From NCBI GenBank assembly GCA_951406725.2, contig OX597831.1:83762001-83826000 (forward strand): 64,000 nucleotides of DNA. Direction: 5' to 3'. The notes beneath the pieces were generated by a model. The model saw only the letters and a program-made list of their open reading frames with translations. It made no database searches and was not told the DNA's origin. This document shows, piece by piece, positions 24,363 through 39,519 of the stretch. This stretch comes from Octopus vulgaris (Eukaryota). The position numbers and the translations under genes are program-made. Every line of letters begins with the position of its first letter. The first letter of the stretch is position 1.

Positions 24363-26139
24363 TATTATTCCTGGATAGCAAAGGCATATCATTCTAGGTG
24401 GGATGTAATGTATCTATTGCAGATCCAGGAGAAGCTACTGTTCCTGTCAATGGTGTTGATGCCCTTTAGCTTATGGGATATGTACACATGCATTGCATTT
24501 TGTTGGCATGATGCCTGCTTCTCCTCCAATACATGGATATATAAAAATGGCGAAGGACCATCAATGGAACAGCCAAGAATATCCAATAAAGCATTTCATG
24601 AATGATATTACACTGACAACCAGGATCATTGAAAAGGGCAACGGGCTGCAAATATGCTAAAGCTACATAACATCATTTACTGGTGTGAATACCTGCTGGT
24701 TCTCATATACCTTTCACATATATGTCACTTCCCATAGATAGCATTGTAAATAGTCTTTCTAATCCACTGGGGTAGATTGTACACATTTTGTGGCAGCTGC
24801 TGATGATATGGATGATATCTTCCACACTGGTATAGAAGAGTACACATTTTTTATCACAATATATCCTTCTATATTTCTTTTTCTCCCATTCCTTCTTCGC
24901 TGTTCCATCTTTCTTTCACTCTCTACTATATTTCTTCACCCTTCTCCTCACCCCTTTTGTTTTGAATGTGCTTGTACATTAAGAGGTGGGTGATATTGAT
25001 TTCATCAACCTGATTTTAATACTTTGCTATTGTTTCCACCACCACAAAAACTTCATGAACCCCCATTTCTCACTGCATGCAGTTTTACTGCCCTTTAGAC
25101 AGGTGAAACTGATAGCCTTAGAAGAATGGCCACTTACACGAAGTCCTATTAGATATTCACAGTCATATTTTTGACGTCCTGAAACTCACGTATTGCCACT
25201 TCAACTCTTCCCAGTATTTATCTCTTCTCGGAGTTTTTTGGCTCATTTTCCAACGAGGTGTCTGTAATTCATATAATTTGGCCACTTTTGAACTGTACTT
25301 TTCTCCGTATCACTTCCTTTTAATTTCTAGCTTTCTTGCAAGTGTGAGCCAATAGCTAACAGAATCGTAGGGAATATTCTTCATCACTTCACTCTCAGAC
25401 CTTCCAAATAACGCACGTCTTACTCTTTCCATGTATTATTCACTCCAACCGCCCATGCATCCTCTTCCTGTTCCTAGCATCTTACATTCACTTCTTTATC
25501 ATTTCCGCCAGCCGTTTTCGTTATTTTACTCTTCTCTCTATCTTCCGAATTAGACCGTGATCGTAGATCGTACTCCCGGCCTCTGAGATTAGCAATATAG
25601 AAATCCATAAAAGAGACACTTTCGATACATATCTACAAGAAGTAAATAATTTTGCAAAAGTGTTTAATGTGGGCGATCTTTGAGTATAACGTGCCACTTT
25701 CACTCTATAATTATTATCAGTTTGTTTAGAGGCTCTGTGATAATATATTTATTTAGACACCTACAGTTCTTCAAAACCCAAAATGTATTACATTTGTTTT
25801 ATATTATTATAACAATATTCGTTCGAACTGCTACAAATTGCAACCAAATCTCCCTATAATCCCACTCTCTTTTAACAACAATATATATTTTTAAAAAATT
25901 TTTCCTCCTATCTTTATATAAAAACTGAACAATTACGAAAAATGAATGCGAAAAATCGTGAATATTGTAAATATTTTAAATATTTATGGTTGGGTATAAT
26001 ACGATAAAGATAAATCGAACATGTCAATTTGTATGTTTTGATTTAAAATATGTATTTTATTTGTTTTAACGTTTCTGTCTGCTCCTTACTTTTTGTATAT
26101 AATCCGGCATAACACACACAATGACTTTGTTGCTTCATA

Positions 26140-26755
26140 ACATCCAAATTTTTTTCGGATTTCTACGTTTTAGACGTCGGAGATCATGAATATGCAAAAA
26201 GAAATAAAATAAAAATAAGGATCTTTTCACTTTGACCGGCAGAATTTTAAATTAATTTCAACCGTCCCCATTAAAAGTTTTGATTTTCTTTACTTTAAAT
26301 AAATCGTAGAGAATTGACGAACTTATGCAAATCGAAATTAAATACAAAAACATTAAAGTGAAAAGTATTTGCCTTCAGTAATCGTAAATAATAATGTAAA
26401 TTAAATATACACCATTTTATGAGAAACTACCATTAAAGCATTCTTTCGATATAGCTCGACAAAATCAAAACATTTCGGGTATTTCCGTGGAAGAGTTCGA
26501 TTCTGTTTTCTGTTTGGAAATTTGCGGGTTTTACCTATGTAAAACACATGAAACAAATATGCAAGGCTTTTTTTTCAAGTTTAAAATGAGACATTTCGTT
26601 ATATCTATTATATTCGGAAATACCCGAAGTGAAATGTTTTGATTTTGTCGAGTTATATCGAAAGAATGCCACCATTAATGCTTAATAATTAGTGTTATAA
26701 TTTTTTTTCTTGCATATTTGTAATCTACATCTAAATCGTAGGAATCCGAAAAATG
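26140..26755. mobile_element. Old MITE-like element with degenerate inverted ends
   Basis: tttttcggatttctacgttttagacg...aatatgcaaaaag (26151-26210) vs cttgcatatttg...ctaaatcgtaggaatccgaaaaa (26705-26753). Confidence 0.55.
26437..26670. mobile_element. MITE with ~50-bp TIRs and 8-bp TSD (Merlin-like)
   Basis: TSD accattaa at 26429-26436 and 26671-26678. TIR gcattctttcgatatagctcgacaaaatcaaaacatttc. Confidence 0.85.
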
Positions 26756-26782
26756 TATTTTAAAAAAATGCATTTTTCAAGG

Positions 26783-26915
26783 AGAGATCTTTTCCTTTTG
26801 AAGGCCAGATTTCAACACAATTTCTAGTTAACTTAAAAACTTCGTAAACTGGTAGAATGTGTCAAAAGAAAACATTATTTTCACTTGGCTTTCTTGATAA
26901 ATTTGTAATTCGTTT
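26783..26915 (+). mobile_element. Truncated arm of the palindromic element at 46406-47316
   Basis: gatcttttccttttgaa...aatttctagttaact...aaacttcgtaaactggtagaatgtgtc matches 46406-46530. Confidence 0.75.
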
Positions 26916-27982
26916 GTTTAACGTAGTTTATTTCAACAAATACCCTTTAGATGCTGTAGATTCAGAGTATTTAGAGATTTGTTGCAAAGAATTTTCTCGA
27001 AGGGTTGGGGAAAAAAGTTTCGGAAAATTTACACGATCCAACTTTTTTCCCTCACAACTTTCAGGAAAAGGGTATCTTTTAATGAAAGTTTATACAAATA
27101 CTTTTCAAACAGCATAGATTACAATTATAGAGGCATTTGTGGGGAAAATTTTATCCGAGGGGTTGAAGAGAGGAGTTTCGGTTTTTTCCCATTTTTTTTA
27201 TTCACCACAGCCATCGAAATAATAGCGTGGGGATGGGGACGTCTTTTGTATGAAAAATGGTGAATTTTTTTTTATCCCCCCCCCCCCCGCTACCTCATCA
27301 TCCAACTCCGGACCGATTTTGGCAAATTCTTGTTGCCCTTAAAAATCATGGGATGAGCATTATTGGCTAAAAAAAATAATATTTTCAGAGGAAAAGGTGA
27401 GATTTAAGGAAGATTTGGCTGTTGTTTCTAGCATATCCCAAGACCACCCTCGTTTCTTTCTCACTCTCGCATGGATTGTTTTTTAATATTTTTCTCCCCA
27501 TGAACACATTCTATAAAAAGAAAAATTTGAAAATGTATGCTTTTTTTGTCAACCCCTACTTCCTGCGGCCAATTGTTTCTGTTTATAATTTAAAATCTTG
27601 GAGAGCCTGAGGTCATTGTTGGCATTTCTAGTGATTAAAAAAAAAGAGAGATGTAAAAGCTAATTCATTTTAATAGCATACTTTTCTGTTAGAAAATGGT
27701 TTTTCTTACACACACACACACACACACGCCTTCACTCAATTGAGGTGAGGTAAAAATTTAAATTACCATTTTTTTTGTTGCTTATATCCCACCAATGGAC
27801 CACATGTGTATTACTTAGGCATCAACATTCCATGAAATGTGTTTAATGGGTGAAAAATATTGCAAAAACATCAATACATGTGAAATTGAAAACGGAGGGT
27901 TGTCTTGGGATGTGCTAGAAACAACAGCCAATCTTCCTTGAATTGCACACCTTTTCCTCCAAAAATATTTATAATTATCATT

Positions 27983-28018
<36 letters not shown>

Positions 28019-28275
28019 GAAAAGGCTCCTCCCATGGTTTTTAAATATCAAAACAAATTGTCCAAAATCGGTCCGTGAAAACAAATTTTTTTTAAATTTT
28101 TCATAAAAAGTTACCCCTCTCCCATCATTTCGGAGACTGATGGAAAAAAATTCCTTATCAAAACGGAGAAATTCCAACTTATATGGATTTCTTGATCTGA
28201 AACTCTTCCCCTACTCCTCAGAAAAATTTTCACCACTAATTTATTTGCAATCGTAGTCTATACCGTTTGAAAGGT
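26915..28275 (-). repeat. Inverted paralog of the 15600-17180 repeat
   Basis: Blocks 27861-28080, 27600-27830 and 26918-27180 are reverse complements of 15740-15936, 16170-16400 and 16860-17080 respectively. Confidence 0.75.
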
Positions 28276-29806
28276 ACTGTGGCCCTGCTGGACAACTCTT
28301 ACCTATTCCTACTGTTCTTATAAATATTTCTTCCTGTAACTTTACTTCTAGGATCTCAGATAGCCACTCCATGTAAATCTCTCTCTCTCTCTCTCTCTCT
28401 CTCGCCACTCTCTGTCTCTCTCTTCCTTTCTTAACAAAGTTGCAGGTCTTCAAACCCAGGGTTTTTACAGTATCTGGTTCTGACTTTGTATGGTAGGATG
28501 GGACTTTTGGTATTATGCAGTGGCAACCATTTCAAGGATTGGATTGCTGTAGCTTTTAATACCACTTTATATTTTCTTGTCTTTGCTCTAGAAAGTAGAG
28601 TCTTGGTGCCTGTAGCACTACTAGTAAGCTTAACTTTTGCATTGATGTCATTTTCTTCATGTTTGATAGGAGGTGGGGTAGCAGAATTTCCGACTCTCTC
28701 ATACTAAACAACATCAGGATTCGTCCCAACAGCCATCTTGGCCATGTGCTCATGAAAGGATATGTTATTACTTATATTTATCATTAAGTTACCCTTGACT
28801 TTAACCCTTAAAAAATAGGAAGTGTTAAACATAGAAATTCAATATGTGAACATTAATTAAAACAGGTCAAATATGTGTTCTACCAGTAAACACAACTTGA
28901 AGCTTGGTTTGTGTTCAGGAAAGCTAAAACAAAAATTGCTTCATTTTATGCTTGTCTAAAAATAGATACAAGAGAAGCTAGAATACCACAAACACTGCTC
29001 CACCATCTTTGGATGTAAGAAGTTTTAAGAAAGAATTTAAATTTAATTCACAAAGAATGAATATTCATATTGTTAGTTTTGAAATCTCTCTAAATCTCTA
29101 AATTATAAAGTTTGATTGTGACGAATTCACTATCAAACATACTTTGTATTGCTCTTGTTGTCTTTGGTGGATACAAACATTTATTTGTGGGTGGTAGTGA
29201 TTGCAGTGTACTGATATCTCATAACAAACATTTCTTTTGGTCATACACAAATATTATTGGCTGTTGCATCATTTACACAGCTCTATATAAAACAAATTAA
29301 TTTTTGTAATTATGAGGTTGTAGTCTAATTTCTCAATTCAATCAAAATAAAATCCTAATCTTGTGAAAATTATTTGGTAATAATAATTGATAGTAGTGTT
29401 TTATTAATGATTTAGAATCTGAAGAACACATTTACAGTGTATACAAAAGAATGTGATGGTCACAGTCGAAATGCTATTGGTTACTGGTTTATTCAGTGAA
29501 AGTCATCTTCAAGATAAACATTGCATCATCCATTTCAACCGTATAACCATTCCATTGTCTTTCCTCTGCATCTATATTTCCTATGTCTATCTGATCATTT
29601 TCTCAATGTCAAAGATCCATCACTATGTACCACTGCGTACTTTCTTTTTATATTTCAGTGTATCCAATGGTAGTGTGATGAGAAGACTTTTAATACATAA
29701 CTCCAGTCCCATCATCATGAAATATTTCTTGCAAATTGCAAGAAATATTTCAGTACTTAGAGTATGAGAAAAGATTCCATTTTAAAATTGCTCCTTTATG
29801 TTTTAG

Positions 29807-31534
<1,728 letters not shown>

Positions 31535-32779
31535 AACATTATCATATTTATTAATTACTGAGGCATTATTGGTTATCTGCATGAAGAAATCATGAAAATT
31601 CATAGAAACTTGATGCAAAATAAAATTACATGGTGGATTTATATTGCTGTTACATAATATTGTGATAATTGTTTGAATTTTTTCCAATTTTGATGCAAAA
31701 TCTAAGATATTGGAAGATCATAAAGTTGGTGAATAAACAAACAAGGAGAAACATAGTAGAAGGTTGGTCTATGAAAAGGAAAACAGAGAAAGGTCTTGCT
31801 TTGCACCTATGACTTGTAGGCTATATATTTTGATTCATTGAACATTCAAGTAATAAATACCCAGCTATAATTATTGTAACACTTGATTTTCTAAATCACC
31901 TATTTTATCTTTGGTAAAAATTTCATCAGAAAAGTATCCACATAAATTTATGCGTGTCACCTTACTGCTTTTAAATATTTTTATATTATATGATAACATG
32001 CATCATATAAATTGTTAAACAGTTAAAAGATAACTTTTAGGAACTTTCCCTCATTGGGGATAATGTTAACAAAAGCAATTTGTTCAGGTAGTGTCCCTTC
32101 TGTTATCCTCAAATTGTATACTTCAAGCTTATACCCATACATTCTCAAGATTTCAGTCTTTTTCTTTCTACAAAGATTTATGCCATTTTCTAGAAAAACA
32201 TAACAGTGTATTTTGAAAAAAGGACAACCAGTTGACCCTTCCCAACTATCAATATACTCTCCCCACTTTTAACCTACCCAATTAAGCCATTAGCCCCAGA
32301 AACTTGAGTCTCTCTCCATCTTTATTGATCTTTAGTACAGCTTCTGGAGAGCTACACCACCATTGGCACTTTTAGGAGCAACTCAGTTGTGATTATTTGC
32401 ACCAGTGAAGTTATCAACTCTGACTTATATTCTTCTTGATAAGCTTTTCACTTATTGGAAATATTATTACATGGAGTGGTAGATTTCAGTCAAAACACTC
32501 TCTGACAGTATGTGCTTACAGATACTTCCCAATATACATTCTGTTGACTCTGTTTTACCCCAAGTTTTATGATTATACCGAATGTATTTACTTGTTACTT
32601 CTAAGTAGATAACTCATTGCTGATTCTCACTTGGAGCATGGAACCTTGTCGAAGGTTATATCATGTTAAGGAATACTTGTTTTATTCCTAGTTAAGTAAT
32701 TCTACTGTTTATATCTCATTAAGAAGGAATATTGGTGATATCCCATGTAATAAAATAATTTCTGCTTACTTGTCTTTTT

Positions 32780-33270
32780 ATTCAGACATAAATATATTCA
32801 CATAGGAGAAAAATCACACCATTCTGATATCTGTGGTAAATTGATTCACACAGAAGAAAAACCAAACAATTGTGATATGTAGTAAAACAGTTTCTGTTAG
32901 TGAGTTTTTATCTACAAACCAAATTATTTACACACAAGTAAAAACATGTCATTGGGACGATTGTGGTATAAAATTCTCTCAAAAGTGATTCACACAGGGA
33001 GAGAAGTCATATGACTGTGATATTTGCAATAATAAGCTTTCTGTCTTAATAGTAACTTATTGGTCCATAGATGTATTCATATTGGTGAAGAAACATACCA
33101 CTGTGATATCTGTGGTAAAATTTTTCCTTTTAGTAGTTCTTCATCTATACACTGAAGAAAAAAAACTATACTATAACAATACCTGTGGTAAAATATTTTT
33201 CAAGAAAAGAGCTTTTTCTAAACAAATGTATCCACACAGGGAAGAAACCATACCATCTGTGGTAAAATAT
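32780..33270 (+). pseudogene. Highly decayed C2H2 zinc-finger array
   Basis: Recurrent attcacacaggagaa / tgtgatatctgtggtaaa motifs with stops and indels. Confidence 0.75.
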
Positions 33271-33279
33271 TTCCTGTTA

Positions 33280-33700
33280 TCTATATATATAAAACTGAGA
33301 ATGTGTGTCTGTCTGTCTGTGTGAATCTCTAAAACTTGAGAACTACACAACCAATTTCATTCAAATTTTACACATGCCTTACTTAGGGTCCATGTAGTGT
33401 CATGGGCAAAAAAATGTCTAACTTCTTGCCTAGGGCAAGCCCACAGCAATATCATATCTTCTCCACTATTTCAGTATTACTTGTTAAAAGTGAAACAAAA
33501 ACCTCTCTATTGTAATGTCAGATACTTTCACTTTAATACTGAAACTATTAAAGTCAAACTATTATATAAGAGGGATGAACCATTAACAGTGGACATCCAT
33601 TTTGCTAGAAGATCCACTATGGTCTTATATGCTACACCAATGGTTTTCAATTCATATTAATCAAATTAATATTCAATTTCTCACCCTTATTATCTTAAAT
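33280..33700 (+). mobile_element. Non-autonomous Helitron-like 5' portion
   Basis: Starts A|TCTATATATATAAAA followed by gtctgtctgtctgt and ccaatttcattcaaattttacac, typical of invertebrate Helitron/HINE 5' ends. Confidence 0.55.
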
Positions 33701-33904
33701 TTAAATTTAAACCCAGGACCATGTGTTTTGGAACGAAATTTGTTACCACACAGCCACACCTGCACCTATGTATGTGTGTATAGCTGTATATGTATACATT
33801 TATTTCTATATATATATAGATGTATATGTATATGTGTAGATGTATATATATATATAGATAGATGTACATGTAATATGTACACATATATTCACATATATAC
33901 ATGC

Positions 33905-33940
<36 letters not shown>

Positions 33941-33956
33941 ACGCACACACATACAT

Positions 33957-34275
33957 AGGTGCAGGTGTGGCTGTGTGGTAACAAACTTTGTTCCAAAACA
34001 CATGGTCCTGGGTTCAGTCCCACTGTGTGATGATTTGGCATGTGTCTTCTGCTATAGCCTCAGACCAACCAAAGCCTTGTCAGTGGATTTTGCAAACAGA
34101 AACTGAAAGAAATCAATCGCATATATATATGTATGTATATATTTAAGTGTATGTGGATGACTTTGTTTCTGTGTTTCACTCTCATCACTGCTTCACAACT
34201 GCTGTTCGTTTATTTACATCCCCATAACTTACTGGTTTCACAAGAAGAAACTAATAAGTACCAGGCTTAAAAAAA
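33957..34275 (+). mobile_element. tRNA-derived SINE (family of 54345-54733), decayed
   Basis: A-box-like gtggctgtgtggta, B-box gggttcagtccc, then gtgtcttctgctatagcc...gccttgtcagtggatttt...gaaactgaaagaa. Confidence 0.8.
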
Positions 34276-34374
34276 GGCACAAGGCTGTGTCTCATATTTT
34301 TGTTTGCCCACTCAGTTGTATCTATCAATTTATCTTTGTGTGTGTATATATATATATATATATATAGCAGTATA

Positions 34375-34736
34375 TATTGCTCAGGTTTGTAAGGGAAATA
34401 ACTATAAAGCATTTTTAGAGAGTTATAGCCAAAAAATAGCAAAAAAATGGAAAAAAAATTATGGTAAATTTTTTTTGAGAGTAAAAAAAGGTTGAGTTGC
34501 GTCCCCTAGACAGTCTGTGGTTTGTTTTTTTGATTCTCGACCCCATGTCAATTTATCGATTTTTTCAGAACTGGGGTTAACTTTTCAAAATTTTCGCTGC
34601 GTTAGTTTTGAATTATGACATTGGGCTATGTGTGTGTCAAGTTTCATCAGAATCGGTTGAAAGCCGTGGTCAGGGTGAGGGTACGAGAAAACAGACACAC
34701 AGAAACACGCACAGACAAACTGCCGTTTATATATAG

Positions 34737-34740
<4 letters not shown>
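34375..34740 (-). mobile_element. Non-autonomous Helitron-like 5' portion
   Basis: The minus strand starts TCTCTATATATAAAcggcagtttgtctgtgcgtg...ccgattctgatgaaacttgacacacac. Confidence 0.55.
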
Positions 34741-34834
<94 letters not shown>

Positions 34835-34851
34835 ATATGTGTACATTCATA

Positions 34852-36536
34852 TTTATTATATTAAAGACAATGTCATTATGTGTTTGTGTATTACTTATAC
34901 ATTCGAAAACTGCTGCACCGATCATAATGAAATTTGGAACACAAAATCCAAGCATTGGGAGAAGGGTAATGCTGTGTGTTTCATACAATTTCATGGACCA
35001 AAATTACTGAATGGATCCTTATGATATTTGAAACTTAGATTCAATGCATAAGGGTGGGTATAGTGCAATGTGTTTGGTTTGAATTTCAGATGACTTAAAG
35101 GGGGCAGAACTCCCCATGAAAATTCATAAATTTTCGATGTTGATGAAATTTCAACCATGGGTAATTGACACACATCAAGAAGTGTTCTCGAAGTTTCCAC
35201 TTCACATGAGGATTCTAAGACACCCTAATGGGGGCCTTAACTCCCAAATTTTAGTCATTTCTTTTATGATCCAAAACTAAGTCAAAAGTACTGAATGGAT
35301 CTTTACAAAATTTGAAAATTATATTCTATGCATAAGGGCCATAACCCCCATGACAATTCATATATTTTTGCTGTTGAAATTTTAACCATAGATATTAGAT
35401 ACAAATGAAGTAATATTTATAAAATTTCATCTTCTAACAAGTTAGAAAGACCCTTTCATGGGGACTTAACACCCACAATTTTGTTATTTTATCTAAGCAA
35501 AGACGAATAGTTGTACTCTTGGAAGCTCTAGGGTTACCCAAGCATAAAAGTTGGGCATTATTTCTAATTCAATGGTACAACAGGGTAACAGTTTGCTTTG
35601 ACATACACTTACATTGTGGTTTCTGCAATGTGCTGCATAAATTGTCAAGTAAATGAGAGGCATCTCTGCCTCCACTGATTCAGTTGCAAAGTGTTGAGTA
35701 AAGTTATTTGGTTGCACACCACCTTTCAGTCTTTTTATTATCACTCGGTCACACATAGTCCCCAGATGGTAACATTGATTACAAGGCCTTCCCAGATGAG
35801 TGACTGGTTATTCAAAGACATTTATACATTGTAAATTTATTCTGTCCAGTTACGTATCAGTATAGTCGTCATTTGCAAACTCCAGAGGTGAAGCTTTAAT
35901 TTCTCCTTAGCCCTCACGTCGCACAGTTGTTAATGTTGATTTCAGTTGGGTCACACCCTTCCAATTGCTATAGATCCGTTATGCATCTTACGGCTGTGCC
36001 TGTCATCTGTATGGTGAGGGAACCTACATTGGAAGTGATAACAACTAGGGTAGGGTAGCTGACTGCTTATTGTGATCATTTGTCTTCTGGTTTCCTGTAG
36101 CTTTGCTCTCTTTTACAAACCCAGTGAACATACATATATTTCCTATTTCAAAGAAATTCAAACAATAGAAATAAGACCCAAGTTAAAAAGATTCTCAGCA
36201 ATTCAACTTCTCTGGTTGACATTAAAATGACCACCCCCAATAGAGGCTTTAACTCTCACATTTTAGAGGTCCATGACCTTCATTTTTCAGGGGCAAAATC
36301 CTTGTAACAGGTTCTATAAGACTGGAATTTTGGAATCTGCGCATAAAAATCAGTTGTATGGGATACATGTGGCACGATTACAATTCTTCTAGGGTGTGTA
36401 AAGAGGGAAATAACCTTCATCTGCAATTTTGATGAAATTCAAAACATAGGTATTCCAGTTCATTTCAGAAAATATAACAGAAAAGTCTAATTCTTCAATT
36501 GTATGTAACTCAGGCAACGCCGGGTAACTCTGCTAG
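34852..36536 (+). mobile_element. Non-autonomous Helitron-like element
   Basis: 5' tttattatattaaag...gcaccgatcataatgaaatttgg, an internal ~250-bp duplication (34990-35270 / 35270-35490), and a 3' end ggcaacgccgggtaactctgCTAG|T. Confidence 0.55.
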
Positions 36537-36633
36537 TTGCTTTATATTTTCTTATGCAGTATGGTACCACCAAATATTTAGCAAATATAATAAATCCTTC
36601 CATATTTTTTTTTTATTAGTGAATGCTTGCATA

Positions 36634-37120
36634 CATCATCATCATTGTTTAACATCTGCTTTCCATGCTGGCATGGGTTGGACAGTTTGACTGGGGACTG
36701 GTTGGCCAGATGGCTGCACCAGGCTCCAATCTGATCTGGCAGAGTTTCTACAGTTTGATGCCCTTCCTAACGCCAACTACTCTGAGAGTGTAGTGGGTGC
36801 TTTTTACGTGCCACCAGCATGGGGGCCAGTCAGGTAGTACTGGCAACGGCCATGCTCAAATGTTGTTTTTACATGTCACCTGCACAGGAGCCAGTCCAGC
36901 GGCACTAGCAATGCCCTCGCTTGAATGTTGTTTTTCACGTACCACCGGCACAAGTGCCAGTAAGGCGACGCTGGTAGCGATCACATCGAATGGTGCTTTT
37001 TACATGCCACTGGCACAGGGGCCAGTCAGTGGCCCTGGCAACGATCATGCTTGGATGGTGTTCTTAGCGCTCCATTAGCACAGATGCCAGTCATGCGGTG
37101 CTGTCATCGAATTTGATTTC
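36634..37120 (-). mobile_element. RTE LINE 3' UTR fragment
   Basis: Matches 468-890, including the (CAT)n tail and the internal ggtgctttttacgtgccacc repeats. Confidence 0.85.
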
Positions 37121-37519
37121 TGAATATTTTTGTCACACCTCTGTAACCTCATCATGAGTTTTTATAAACAATTGTCTTTTGCAAGTGTGTGTGTGTGTGT
37201 CTGTACATGCTTCTCTGTTTGTGTGTCATGATGACAAAAAGTTAGAAATCTAGCTATATAGATAACACTGAAATTTACTGAAAGCAAACACACAGAATGA
37301 GAGAGGTAAACAGTAAAAGGGTACAGAAAGAACAACACATACTCAGAGAGAGGGAGAGAGTTCCATTTTAACTGTTTCAGTTATATTGGTTTCTGTTTAT
37401 GTGTGCTTTTCTTCATATGGAGAAGGGACATGTTTCTATCAATTGGGTTCATTTTTAATACACTCTAATATCTCAGTCTGTCTGTCTCTCTTCAATATAT
37501 ATATTTTTGTGTGTGTGTA

Positions 37520-38570
37520 GCACTTTACTGTACCTTCATTGAATTCTTAATGAAGGAGTGCAAACTGATACCTACAGAAGGCTACAAGTTATTTACAGAA
37601 ATAACACCAGTGGCAAGAGCAGTGTGCACAGATTGATGAAGAATAGAAATCAGCACTAAAGACAAACTGTGAATTGGCAGACCATAAACTGCAATCACTG
37701 AAATGAACCACCATCAAGTAGATAAATAGTGACAGATTGAGTCACAGTCTGTGAGCTTGTTGTGCAATTGGATTATGGTCACAATATTACAGAAGAGGGT
37801 TCAAGACTTTGGGTATCAGAAAGTTTGTGCAAAATGGGTACCTTGGCAGTTGACATGCAATTTGAAAGAGAGAAAAGTGGAAGTGTGCTCTAATCTACTG
37901 GAAGCATTTGAAAACCATTTAAGGCACATTTTCTTTTCTAATCTAGTAATAGGGAATGAAATGTGAGTATATCTTTGTGATAAAAAAAAAATGAAGGCTC
38001 AGTTCATGGAGTGGGTTAACACCTCTTCTCCAAAGCCCAATATGCATAGAAAGTCATGGTAATAGTTTTGGAGGTTTTCATTCTCTTTGATTTCTGGAAT
38101 ATATCAAAATATTGAAATAGCTTCGAGAAGCCATAGGGCGGAAGAGACTGAATAAGAATCTGAAAATGTATCACATTTGCCATGACAGTGTGTGGCCACA
38201 AAAACTGTAAGTGACAATCAAACAGTTGGAAAATTGGGCTGGTCAGTAGTTCCCCCATCTGCTAGACAGCCTGAATCTGGCACCATCCAGCTGCCACCTG
38301 TTCAGTGCAACGAAGGGCAATCTTTGGGGACGAGATTTCGATGACACAGAAGAGGTGAAAGTAGCTGTGAAGAAGTAGGTACAGCTGTGCACATCTGAAC
38401 TACTTTTGAAGAGTTCAGTTCAATGATGGTGCAAATGTATCACTTGAGATGGAAACTGTTGAACAGTTCTTGTATCTAGAGGAAGAATTACTCTGCTACT
38501 CAAAGTGCAATTTGAATGACCTGTGTCACTTAATTAAAAAGTAATGCCCACTTTTGTATTACTTTTGGTT
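37520..38570 (+). mobile_element. Decayed mariner transposase relic
   Basis: QKVCAKWVPWQLT at ~37817, LVIGNEM, and PNLAPSSCHLF at ~38270. Confidence 0.75.
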
Positions 38571-38665
38571 CAATGTTATTCTGTGTATACATGTGTGTGT
38601 GTGTGTGCATACATCTATACTTACATATGCACAACTTGATATACTTCTATTTATTTCACCTTGCT

Positions 38666-39332
38666 ATCATCATCATCATTTAACGTCCGCTTTCCATGCT
38701 AGCATGGGTTGGACGATTTGACTGAGGACTGGCGAATCAGATGGCTGCACCAGGCTCTAATCTTGATCTGGCAGAGTTTCTACAGCTGGATGCCCTTCCT
38801 AATGCCAACCACTCCGAGAGTGTGGTGGGTGCTTTTACGTTCCACTGGCACGAGGGCCAGTCAGGCGGTACTGGCAACGGCTACGGAAAAATGATGTTTT
38901 TTTTTATGTGTCACCTGCCAGTAAGGCGATGCTGGTAACGATCACGCTCGAATGGTACTTTTTACGTGCCACTGGCACGAACGCCAGTTAGCTGCTCTGG
39001 CAAAGATCATGCTCGAATGGTGCTCTTAGTGCTCCACTAGCACAGATGACAGTCATCAAATTTGATTTCGATTCCAATTTCACTTGCCTCAACAGGTCTT
39101 CATAAGCAGTGTCCAATGAAGGGAAGGTACACATAAGTGGGCTGGTTACACCCCTGGCTTAGGCCACGAGGTTATGGTCTCACTTGACTTGCCGGGTCTT
39201 CTCAAGCACAGCATATTTCCAAAAGTCTCAGTCACTGGTCATTGCCTTGGTGAGACCTAATGTTCGAAGGTCATGCTTCACCACCTCATCCTGGGTCTAC
39301 CTCTTCCACAGGTTCCCTCAACTGCTAGGGTG
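38666..39332 (-). mobile_element. RTE LINE 3' end
   Basis: (CAT)n tail, 3' UTR and TLAVEGTCGRGRP coding end, matching 468-1165. Confidence 0.88.
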
Positions 39333-39519
39333 TTAGTAATTTGGTGAAGGGTGAGGGAACAGAAAAATTTTTTTAAATAAATCAGCTTGATTGAAACATG
39401 AAGCAATGTATGAGAAAGGATTGTGAAAACTTTCTTAATTTCAAATGTGGAAGACAGATACCAATTTATCCTACCCATTTCAGAACTCTCCCTCTTCCTG
39501 TTAGATTCAAAACATAGGA

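Noticed and set aside
24408-24605. Short ORF with Ig-like YTCIA / WIYKNG motifs
   Set aside because: Motif order and spacing are unconvincing, the ORF is short, and no supporting exons are visible.
35493-35756. Possible Helitron Pif1 helicase C-terminal relic on the minus strand
   Set aside because: Resemblance is vague, and the orientation conflicts with the inferred plus-strand Helitron ends.
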